Source: Nitrospira japonica (GTDB taxonomy: Bacteria > Nitrospirota > Thermodesulfovibrionia > Thermodesulfovibrionales > SM23-35). From it: 11,428 nucleotides of DNA. The notes below the pieces were generated by a model that did not search any database, had not been told where the DNA came from, and saw nothing but the letters and a program-made list of their open reading frames with translations. This document shows, piece after piece, positions 1 to 7,751 of the stretch. The first letter of the stretch is position 1. Every line of letters starts with the position of its first letter. The stretch lies in contig DYFC01000071.1 of assembly GCA_020725385.1 (NCBI GenBank), positions 1 to 11,428 on the forward strand, read 5' to 3'. The translations under genes and the position numbers were made by a program.

Positions 1-143
1 AATGGCAGGAATTGACTGCTGTAATAGAAGCTCCCGATGAGAAAGGTGTTTCATTGAGCATAACAGTAGAAAAACACCCGATGGAGAAAGATGTTGAAGC
101 AGTTATTTTCATCGATGACATTAAGATTGAAAAAATTGACTAA
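1..143 (+). CDS. 5'-truncated CDS; C-terminus resembles a galactose-binding-like/CBM4-9 beta-sandwich domain
   Basis: Manual translation from base 3: WQELTAVIEAPDEKGVSLSITVEKHPMEKDVEAVIFIDDIKIEKID*, stop TAA at 141-143. The alternating beta-strand pattern from a W to a terminal 'IFIDDIKI' is typical of CBM4/9-like jelly-roll domains. Same strand as the glycosylation genes that follow. Confidence 0.65.
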   Translation, partial: WQELTAVIEAPDEKGVSLSITVEKHPMEKDVEAVIFIDDIKIEKID

Positions 144-186
144 ACATATTTGTGATTAAAGTAAATTCATTAAATTAATTGTTCAG

Positions 187-2547
187 TTGTTGAAAATTTA
201 CACTGAAATTATAAAAAGTATTAGCAAGAAAAAAATCCTGCTACATTTATTTTTGCTTTTTTTGATTACTGTATTTTTTTTTCATAAAGGTATTTTTTTA
301 AATGAAAAAACAATAATATGGGATACAGCCGGACAATTTTATCCTTCGTTATGGTTTAATGGTCATTACTGGAACAAAGGTATTTTACCGCTATGGAATC
401 CATTTTTATTTAATGGTTATCCTGCTTTTGCAGACCCTCAAAATCAGACATTTTATCCGGTAAATATTTTAATTTCTATATTTACCCCATTTACTGCAAA
501 AATTGTATATTTTCAACTTGTTCTTCATTTTTTCTTATCAGGTGTTTTTATTTATCTATTAGCCAGTCTTTATATTAAAAGCTCATTAGGACGCCTGATT
601 TCTTCAATTATTTATATGTTCAGTGGCGTTATGATAAATCACTTCCAGCATTTAACAATGATAAATTCTTTTACATGGCTTCCTCTAATTATATTTTTCT
701 TAGAACTTGGATGGAGGAAAAAGAAATTTTTGTTTTTTATTCCGGCAGGATTAACAATTTGTTTTCTAATTTTTGCAGGACATCCACAGACAACATTTTA
801 TACTATCTATATTATTCTGTCGTTTTCAGTATTCGCATGTTTTTATCACAGTGTAAAAAAAAGATTTGAAATAACCCCGCTTATTATTTCCGTAGCAGCT
901 ATAGTTTTTGGTCTTACGCTGAGTGCAATTCAACTAATACCTTCATATGAATTTTCTGTATTATCAAATAGATCGGGTAATTTACCGTATGAACTGGTAA
1001 CAGGTTCAGGTCAACTACATCCTTTTCATCTTTTCACATTTTTTGTATCTAATTATTTTGGTGAATCCGGGAAAGAATATGTAGGATTAAATGTTATAGC
1101 TCATTCTTCTATATACTGTGGAGTAATAACCCTATTTATTATACCGTTTTCTTTTATAGGTCGTAAAAAAGAAGTATTTTTTTTCACATTTATGGCATTA
1201 ATTACCCTCTTTATTATATTAGGCGATAGAGGATATGTTTTTAAGATCTTATATCAATATGTCCCCGGGTTTGCTTTATTTCGTTCCCCTGTACATTATA
1301 GATTTGCTTTTGTTTTTTTCATAGCCCTCCTTGTAGGAATAGGATTGGATAATCTGATAAACAAAAACTTTCCTGATAAGTTTAAATGGATTATTTATAT
1401 GTTATTGATACTAATGTGTATAACTGGAATAATTATTTTTACAATCTTTTCACCAATAAAATATAAGATTCCTCATTATTTATGGATTGATATTGTATTT
1501 TTAGCCTGTATTTTTGTCTGCTTTACTATTCTCTCTATTTACTGGAAAAAACAACAAATATCATTGTTAATTCTACAGGCAGCATTTTTATTATTCTCTT
1601 TTACTGATTTTTATTTGCACGGTGCAAATTCAATATGTACCGGTCAAGAAATGAAGCATGAAGAACTTGACAGGGAAACTATAACAATGATGAAAGTAAA
1701 AAATAAATCAGAATGGTTTATTGATGAAAAAATAAAAACGCCTTTTCTGCCATTTAGTGAAAATAAAAAAAATTTTTTCAGAGTTCATGTAAATGATGGT
1801 TATTACGATCACACTGGATTATTACCATATTCACCTTATGATTCCATAAAATTATCTAATATTGGCACTAATAGAGCAATTTTTGACAAAATATTTATGG
1901 TCGATGGATATAATCCTATGATGTTAAAGAGGTATGTTTTATTTAATTCAACTTTAAGGGATTTAAATTATGAAAAATTCCTTATGCTGTCAAATGTAAA
2001 ATACATAATTGAACCCGATGGAACAATTAATATTCTACCAAATGAAAAGACATTATCAAGAGCATTTATAGTTACCAAAATAGAGAATATAGAAAATTCA
2101 TTTGATATATTAAATAAAATGTCCGAGCCTTCTTTCAATCCTAAAGAAAAAGCATTCGTAGAAAATGCTAAAAGTTTGATAATAAATAGTTCCTGTCAAA
2201 ACAAACCACACGCAAAAGTCTTAAGGTATCTTCCAAACAAAATAATAGTACAGACAGATAGCGAATGTAATGGATTTCTTGTATTAAATGAGACTTATTA
2301 CCCCGGCTGGAAAGCCAGAATTGATTCTGGCAAAAAGAAAGATGTTTTAAAGGTAAATTATTGTTTTATGGGAACAGCTATCCCTGGCGGTAACCATATA
2401 ATTGATTTCATATTTGAACCAAAAAGTCTAAAAACCGGTTTTTATATTTCTTTTGCAACTTTTCTATTCGGGGTTGTTATTTTTATAATAGCTTTAATAA
2501 AAAAAAATTTTAAACTGTGCATTATTTCTTCAGTAAAGATAGTTTGA
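187..2547 (+). CDS. YfhO-family polytopic membrane protein (putative GT-C fold glycosyltransferase using a lipid-linked sugar donor)
   Basis: 786 aa. First TM helix followed by 'WD...QFYP...LPLWNPFLFNGYPAFADPQ...FYP', many hydrophobic segments, 'GHPQ', a large soluble C-terminal region with 'DGYNP' and 'LVLNETYYPGWKARID...VNYCFMG..IPGGNH.I.F.FEP', then a final TM helix. These match the YfhO layout. TTG start without a clear RBS, so the start is uncertain. Confidence 0.85.
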   Translation: MLKIYTEIIKSISKKKILLHLFLLFLITVFFFHKGIFLNEKTIIWDTAGQFYPSLWFNGHYWNKGILPLWNPFLFNGYPAFADPQNQTFYPVNILISIFTPFTAKIVYFQLVLHFFLSGVFIYLLASLYIKSSLGRLISSIIYMFSGVMINHFQHLTMINSFTWLPLIIFFLELGWRKKKFLFFIPAGLTICFLIFAGHPQTTFYTIYIILSFSVFACFYHSVKKRFEITPLIISVAAIVFGLTLSAIQLIPSYEFSVLSNRSGNLPYELVTGSGQLHPFHLFTFFVSNYFGESGKEYVGLNVIAHSSIYCGVITLFIIPFSFIGRKKEVFFFTFMALITLFIILGDRGYVFKILYQYVPGFALFRSPVHYRFAFVFFIALLVGIGLDNLINKNFPDKFKWIIYMLLILMCITGIIIFTIFSPIKYKIPHYLWIDIVFLACIFVCFTILSIYWKKQQISLLILQAAFLLFSFTDFYLHGANSICTGQEMKHEELDRETITMMKVKNKSEWFIDEKIKTPFLPFSENKKNFFRVHVNDGYYDHTGLLPYSPYDSIKLSNIGTNRAIFDKIFMVDGYNPMMLKRYVLFNSTLRDLNYEKFLMLSNVKYIIEPDGTINILPNEKTLSRAFIVTKIENIENSFDILNKMSEPSFNPKEKAFVENAKSLIINSSCQNKPHAKVLRYLPNKIIVQTDSECNGFLVLNETYYPGWKARIDSGKKKDVLKVNYCFMGTAIPGGNHIIDFIFEPKSLKTGFYISFATFLFGVVIFIIALIKKNFKLCIISSVKIV

Positions 2548-2653
2548 ATTCCTTATATATTTGTTTTTTTAGAGTATCACTATTATTACAATTATTTTAT
2601 AAACTGAAAATAATTGTTGAACAAAATAATCATAAAATTTAAAAATATTATTT

Positions 2654-3703
2654 ATGAAAGAAAAAATTCCACTTAGCGTAATTTTATGTACATATAATCG
2701 GGCAGAATATTTAAAAAGGGTTCTTGATAGTATTAAGAAGCAGACTTTGCCCGAAGATATGTATGAAATAATAATAATTGATGATGGATCGATAGATGAT
2801 ACTAAAAAGGTTATTGAATCTTTTATAAATATCCTTCCAATTTCATATTTTTATCAGAAAAATGCCGGACTGGCATCCGCAAAAAATCATGGTATTTATG
2901 CATCAAATGGAGACATTTTGCTTTTTCTTGATGATGATGACATAACCACTCCTTCTTTGTTTGAAGAACATCTTAAAACACATCGAAAATATCATGAAAC
3001 GAATATAGCAGTTTTACATTACACAACATGGGCAGACAATATAATTGTGACACCACTTATGCATTTTATTACAGATGTCGGGTGTTTTTTATTTTCATAT
3101 CCACATATAAAACATGGAGATTTTTTAGATTATACTTATTTCTGGGGTGGTAGAAGTTCTTGTAAAAAGAGATTCCTTCTTGAGCATGGAGTATTCAATC
3201 CAATTTTTAAATTCGGCTGCGAAGATATAGAACTCGGATACAGACTTTCGAAACAGGGATTAAAGGTTTTTTATAATAACAAGGCTATTAGTAAAATGAT
3301 CAGGCCGGTAAATTTTGACGATTTCTGTAATCGTCTCATAAAACAGGGGAAATCTCAATATGTATTCAGCACATTGCATAACGACCCTGCTGTCAGACAA
3401 TGGGCTGAAATAGACGAGGCAGAGGAATTGTGGAAAGACATTGCTCCAGTATTTGAATCAAAATATTATTCTACAAAGAAACTTGACAGGCTTGCGGAAC
3501 TCAAGAGAAAATATGAGTTTGAAGTTGATGATATTACAAAAATGCTTCTTTATAAGGCATACTGGTGGGTTTTTAAGGCTTGTAAATTGAAGGGTATTAT
3601 TGAGTCAAAAGAAGCAAACAATTTACATTTTAAAGGCCAAAACGAAATTGCTGCCTTACCAAAGGGATTATTAGATAATAATAAAGGTTCTGAAGTCAGC
3701 TAA
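2654..3703 (+). CDS. Glycosyltransferase family 2 (GT-A fold)
   Basis: 'LSVILCTYNR', 'IIIIDDGSID', 'NAGLASAKNHG', 'LFLDDDD' (DxD motif) and 'GCEDIELGYRL' are standard GT2 motifs, followed by a helical C-terminal extension. Confidence 0.93.
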   Translation: MKEKIPLSVILCTYNRAEYLKRVLDSIKKQTLPEDMYEIIIIDDGSIDDTKKVIESFINILPISYFYQKNAGLASAKNHGIYASNGDILLFLDDDDITTPSLFEEHLKTHRKYHETNIAVLHYTTWADNIIVTPLMHFITDVGCFLFSYPHIKHGDFLDYTYFWGGRSSCKKRFLLEHGVFNPIFKFGCEDIELGYRLSKQGLKVFYNNKAISKMIRPVNFDDFCNRLIKQGKSQYVFSTLHNDPAVRQWAEIDEAEELWKDIAPVFESKYYSTKKLDRLAELKRKYEFEVDDITKMLLYKAYWWVFKACKLKGIIESKEANNLHFKGQNEIAALPKGLLDNNKGSEVS

Positions 3704-3752
3704 ATAATTCACATATAGTTAAAAAAGGCAAATAAAATTTTGTTGCTTCAAG

Positions 3753-3782
3753 TATAATATATAGAAATATTCTTAAAGGAGG
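3753..3782 (+). promoter_or_regulatory. Candidate -10 element and strong Shine-Dalgarno upstream of gspD
   Basis: TATAAT at 3753-3758 and AAAGGAGG at 3775-3782, 5 nt before the TTG at 3788. No convincing -35 at 17 bp, so the RBS is well supported and the promoter is weak. Confidence 0.5.
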
Positions 3783-3787
3783 AATAG

Positions 3788-5722
3788 TTGAAATTAAAGG
3801 CTTATTTAGTGTTTTTCTTAAGTCTTCTTCTTCTTTTGTCAATACTAATCTATCAGGCTATTGCTCAAACTACCCCTGAGTTCGATACAAAAAAATCTGA
3901 CTCGATTATTACTGATAAAAATCAAATAACCCCTTCCTTGCCACAACTTTCTCCTGAACAAACAAGACCCCCAGAAGTTGCCTCGCAACCACAAAAAACA
4001 GTCCCGACAGTAAGTTTCTTTTTTGATGATGCGGATATTTTTGAAGTGGTCCAGACAATTTTTGCAGATGTATTGAAGGTAAATTATATTATCGATCCGC
4101 AGGTAAAAGGACGGGTTAATTTCAGAACCGTAACCCCGATTCCCAAAGACGAGGTTCTGAATGTAATGGAAATCATCTTCAGGTTAAATGGTGTCGGATT
4201 TGTTGAAGAGGCAGGGCTTTATCGTATTATCCCGTTACCTGATGTTTCAAAGGAACTTGTATATGCCCAAATAGGGAAAGCTCCGGAAAAAGTTGCGATA
4301 GATATGTTCGCATTCAAGAACCTTGAACTTAAAGAAGCTATGCCTGATATCGAGAATGCGCTTGGACTTCATCTAAAAGGCGGAACTGTCCGAATTGTGC
4401 CTGTATTCCGAATGAATGCTCTTATTGTTGTTGCATCCGGAGAAGAACAACTTGCTTACATAAAAAAATGGATAGAAGTTTTTGATAAAATGTTTGCAGT
4501 TGCAAAGCCGAAAATATTTGTATACCCGCTTCAAAACAGCAAAGCAACCCACATAGCATCGCTTCTCCAATCAATATTTACAGGGACAGCACCTACAACA
4601 ACGACTACACAAACGACTTCCCCTATTAAGACAGAAGCAAAGTCTGCAACCGGAACAACTCCTGCTACTCCACAGGTTACAACAACTGCGCCAAGAACCG
4701 GGGCTGCGGCAACTGTTACAGGAGGTGGTGGTTTTGTTTCACCAGAAACAAGAGCATTTGCCGATGAAATAACAAATTCTCTTATTATACTTGCTACACC
4801 TACAGATTATTCATTTATAGAGGAAACTATAAAAAAACTCGATGTTCTTCCAAGACAGGTAATGATTGAAGCGCTAATTGCTGAAATTACTCTAAGCGAC
4901 GAATTTAGCTTTGGTCTTGCATGGTCATTAAAAACTGATCTAAAAATATCTGGAGTAAAACCTTTTATTAATGATATTAATCTTGACGGACAGATTGCTC
5001 AAAGGGGAGATGCGCTATCCGGTGATGCAGCTAAAAAACTTACCGGTGGCGGATTTACTTTTCTGGCAACAGACCCTACCGGAATTGTTAGAGCAAGAAT
5101 AGAATCTCTTTCATCAGATTCAAGGGCTAAAGTTCTTGCTTCTCCAAGAATACTCGTGCTTGATAATAGAGAGGCTAAGATTCAAATAGGAGATCAGGTT
5201 CCTGTATCCACTTCTGAAACTACTTATACAGGTTCTGATACAGGAAATATAACACGTACAATCCAATATAAAGATACAGGTGTAATACTAAAAGTTAAGC
5301 CCCAGGTAAATGAAGGTGGACTTGTAACTCTTGAACTTACTCAAGAGGTATCCAATTTTTATAAAATTGATTTATCAGGTAATGAAGAAATAGCAATTAG
5401 CAAAAGAGAAACTAATACTAATCTTGTTTCACAGGATGGCCAGACTATAGTAATCGGGGGTCTTATAAGCGAAGATAGAACTGATACCAAAAGCGGGATA
5501 CCATATCTAAGTAAAATTCCAATAATAGGCCCTCTTTTTGGAACTACCAAGCTTGAGAACAAGAGAAAAGAACTCGTTATACTTCTTACGCCACATGTAA
5601 TCAGGAATCAGCAGGAAGCCGGGCATCTTACATCTGAATATTTGAGAAGGCTTGACAAGGATGTAAGTAAAGATGTTAGCAGAATAACTCCTGAAAATTT
5701 GGAGAAAAAAATTGTAGAATAA
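3788..5722 (+). CDS. gspD: Type II secretion system outer-membrane secretin GspD
   Basis: Sec signal peptide (AIA|Q), N0 domain ('FFFDDADIFEVV...NYIIDPQVKGRVNF'), two KH-like N domains ('NALIVV', 'ADEITNSLIILAT...IKKLD'), 'PRQVMIEALIAEI', and the secretin core ('VLASPRILVLDNREAKIQIG', 'YKDTGVILKVKPQV', 'DGQTIVIGGLI', 'GIPYLSKIPIIGPLFG', 'ELVILLTPHVI'). Confidence 0.93.
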   Translation: MKLKAYLVFFLSLLLLLSILIYQAIAQTTPEFDTKKSDSIITDKNQITPSLPQLSPEQTRPPEVASQPQKTVPTVSFFFDDADIFEVVQTIFADVLKVNYIIDPQVKGRVNFRTVTPIPKDEVLNVMEIIFRLNGVGFVEEAGLYRIIPLPDVSKELVYAQIGKAPEKVAIDMFAFKNLELKEAMPDIENALGLHLKGGTVRIVPVFRMNALIVVASGEEQLAYIKKWIEVFDKMFAVAKPKIFVYPLQNSKATHIASLLQSIFTGTAPTTTTTQTTSPIKTEAKSATGTTPATPQVTTTAPRTGAAATVTGGGGFVSPETRAFADEITNSLIILATPTDYSFIEETIKKLDVLPRQVMIEALIAEITLSDEFSFGLAWSLKTDLKISGVKPFINDINLDGQIAQRGDALSGDAAKKLTGGGFTFLATDPTGIVRARIESLSSDSRAKVLASPRILVLDNREAKIQIGDQVPVSTSETTYTGSDTGNITRTIQYKDTGVILKVKPQVNEGGLVTLELTQEVSNFYKIDLSGNEEIAISKRETNTNLVSQDGQTIVIGGLISEDRTDTKSGIPYLSKIPIIGPLFGTTKLENKRKELVILLTPHVIRNQQEAGHLTSEYLRRLDKDVSKDVSRITPENLEKKIVE

Positions 5723-5781
5723 ACTTCGTTGACAAGTATTGTCTTTGTAATTCGCCAAATTTGGGTTAAAGCAGACAATAA

Positions 5782-7446
5782 TTATTGCAAACTATATCTC
5801 GGACCCCCGCCACCTTCTGGCAAATCCCAAACAATATTCTGAAAAGGACATTTCAAGTCACAGGTCTTACAGTGCAGGCAGTTGCTGAAATTAATCCTGA
5901 TATATCCTTCATCAAGTTCATAAACACTTGCAGGACAGAAAAATGTGCAGGGAGCCGAATAATCAGAAATACATTTTTTACAGGTAGTTTTATCTTTCAA
6001 TCGAATATGACTTTTTTGTTTTTCATCGTGGGATGTCCCTGAAAAATATACATCGGTTAATTTGTTAACAATGATTTTATCATCCGCTTTTGGCAAAGGT
6101 TCGGGCAGGCTATCTCCATAGAAACTTTTCATATCTTTTGTGGTTGAATAATCGGGTTCTGTTCTTAAATCACCTGTTATATTTGAACCTCCCGAAATCA
6201 TCTGAAGACCAAGAAGAATCCCCCCCGGTAACGGCAGTCCTTTTATTATGGCAGGGGTAAAATTTCGGCCTTGTTTTAAGTCTGAATAAATCCAGCTTTT
6301 CTTTAATTTATCCTCGTATTTCTTTAATTGTTGTGAAGAAAAATCATTGTTTAAAAAAGCTTCAAAAAGTACTTCGGCAGCAAGCATTCCTGATTTTATA
6401 GCTGTATGCAAGCCTTTTAATCTCCTTGAATCAACAAGATTTGCCGAATCACCAATAATCATAACACCATCTGATGTTAGCTCGGGTATTGAAAAATAAC
6501 CGCCGCATGGCAAAGTTTTTGCGCCATAGTGTGTTGGTATGCCATCTTTAATAATATTATTTATAAAAGGATGAAGCTTGTACTTTTGCAATTCTTTGTG
6601 AGGGTCAAGCTGTGGGTCTTCGGAACTAAGATGTGCTATTAGGCCAACTGCGACCATATTTTCTGATATACAATATACAAATCCTCCACCCGATAATCCT
6701 TTCCTGAAAGGATAACCGAGAGTATGGATACATTCCCCTTTTTTAAGAGGATTGCTCTTAAGTTCATATATTTCTTTTACTCCAAGTTCATATATGGAAG
6801 GAGCTTTATTTTTATCGAGATTAAGTTTTTCAACAAGACTTCTACGCAAAGTCCCATTACTGCCTTCACCTAGAACTGTAACCTTTGAATTTAATATATA
6901 CCCGGGAGTTTCATATTCTCCATTTTCAAGAAGACGTTTATCATCTGTCCTAACACCGGTAACTCTGTTTCCATCATATAAAAGTTCAACGGCAGCGGTA
7001 CCTTCAAGTAGCATAACTTTGTTGCTCTCGGCTATACCGGACAGCCATGTCACGAATTTTGAAAGAGATAGAAGATAATTGCCGTGATTATTTAAAAAGG
7101 ATGGCGTATATGGGATTTTAATATTCTTATTTCTCGTAAGAAAATAAATTGATTCATTGTTTATAACAGCATCAATAGGACATCCAAGTTCAATGTGTTC
7201 AGGCAGTAATTCTGTCAGAACATCGGGTATTAATATAGCTCCAGAAATATTATGAGCACCAAAATAAGCTCCTTTTTCAAGAATAGCAATCCTGTCCTCA
7301 ATTTCAATGACTTCACCCTGCTTTTTGCCTTCCTGCACTTCGTTGTTATGCTTTTTTATTAAATTGGTTAGATGAATTGCGCTGCTCAAATTTGCAGGAC
7401 CACCGCCCACAAAAACTACATCAAATTCTATCACTTCGCGTTCCAT
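5782..7446 (-). CDS. Electron-transfer flavoprotein:quinone oxidoreductase (ETF-QO / FixC-FixX-like fusion)
   Basis: FAD-binding 'FDVVFVGGGPA', 'LEKG...GAHNISGA', 'LGVKEIY', 'HTLGYP', 'IGDSA', 'KGLHTAIKSGMLAAE', and a C-terminal Fe-S domain 'FCPASVYE...NCLHCKTCDLKCP...W..PEGGGGPRY'. Start moved from the track's TTG (7461) to ATG at 7446 (MEREV...), because the track's first codons contain the AAAGGA Shine-Dalgarno. Confidence 0.93.
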   Translation of the reverse strand: MEREVIEFDVVFVGGGPANLSSAIHLTNLIKKHNNEVQEGKKQGEVIEIEDRIAILEKGAYFGAHNISGAILIPDVLTELLPEHIELGCPIDAVINNESIYFLTRNKNIKIPYTPSFLNNHGNYLLSLSKFVTWLSGIAESNKVMLLEGTAAVELLYDGNRVTGVRTDDKRLLENGEYETPGYILNSKVTVLGEGSNGTLRRSLVEKLNLDKNKAPSIYELGVKEIYELKSNPLKKGECIHTLGYPFRKGLSGGGFVYCISENMVAVGLIAHLSSEDPQLDPHKELQKYKLHPFINNIIKDGIPTHYGAKTLPCGGYFSIPELTSDGVMIIGDSANLVDSRRLKGLHTAIKSGMLAAEVLFEAFLNNDFSSQQLKKYEDKLKKSWIYSDLKQGRNFTPAIIKGLPLPGGILLGLQMISGGSNITGDLRTEPDYSTTKDMKSFYGDSLPEPLPKADDKIIVNKLTDVYFSGTSHDEKQKSHIRLKDKTTCKKCISDYSAPCTFFCPASVYELDEGYIRINFSNCLHCKTCDLKCPFQNIVWDLPEGGGGPRYSLQ

Positions 7447-7481
7447 TATAATTCCTTTCAAAGGTTAGAAAATGGTTTTCA

Positions 7482-7510
7482 ATTATCATATTTTGAGGCC
7501 GATTTGTCAA
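7482..7510 (-). promoter_or_regulatory. Sigma70-type promoter of the ETF-QO gene
   Basis: Minus strand reads TTGACA (7510-7505), a 17-nt spacer, then GATAAT (7487-7482): a perfect -35, a 5/6 -10 and optimal spacing, 35 nt upstream of the ATG at 7446. Confidence 0.75.
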
Positions 7511-7600
7511 GTTATTGTAAAAGCCGGTGCAAGAAACATATCCTAAAAATACATTGTTCAGGGGCAGATATAATTTTTGTGGCATCAAAAAAAATTTCCT

Positions 7601-7669
7601 CGAAACATCAATCGTATTTTTATTATAATAAAAAACAAAATATTATCTTTTATTATTTGAGATGTTTCG
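7601..7669. repeat. Nested inverted repeats in the divergent intergenic region
   Basis: CGAAACATC (7601-7609) / GATGTTTCG (7661-7669) is a perfect 9-bp inverted repeat. Inside it are ATAATAAAA (7625-7633) / TTTTATTAT (7648-7656) and an 18-bp AT-only palindrome at 7617-7634. Confidence 0.5.
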
Positions 7670-7751
7670 GATTACGGCTAACAATTCTGATAAATAAAAT
7701 AAATTCTATACATCTTATTTTTATAGAAAATTTAAAAACAAAGGATTTAGA

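Noticed and set aside
675-869. 64-aa ORF nested in the YfhO-type gene
   Set aside because: Alternative-frame ORF inside a well-supported gene, with no recognisable motif or RBS.
274-2506. T8-T9 and A8 homopolymer runs in the YfhO-type gene as phase-variation tracts
   Set aside because: Runs of this length are expected in AT-rich DNA coding for Phe/Lys-rich protein, and the frame is intact.
4373-5758. Three antisense ORFs over gspD (4373-4570, 5359-5562, 5507-5758)
   Set aside because: Short shadow ORFs opposite a conserved secretin, with no protein-like features.
5723-5790. Short palindromes between convergent gspD and ETF-QO (GACAA-gta-TTGTC, CCAAATTTGG, CAATAATTATTG) and a TTGACA
   Set aside because: Stems are too short or weak and lack a U-tract, so no intrinsic terminator is called; the TTGACA has no -10 at proper spacing.
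5785-7078. Plus-strand ORFs 5785-6042 and 6752-7078
   Set aside because: Antisense shadows of the ETF-QO gene.
7447-7461. Track start (TTG, MKGII...) for ETF-QO
   Set aside because: These bases contain the AAAGGA Shine-Dalgarno for the ATG at 7446, which is the more likely start.
7504-7521. Rex-like operator (TTGTCAA-gtta-TTGTAAA) over the ETF-QO -35
   Set aside because: The right half matches TTCACAA at only 4/7, and the left half is explained by the -35 hexamer itself.
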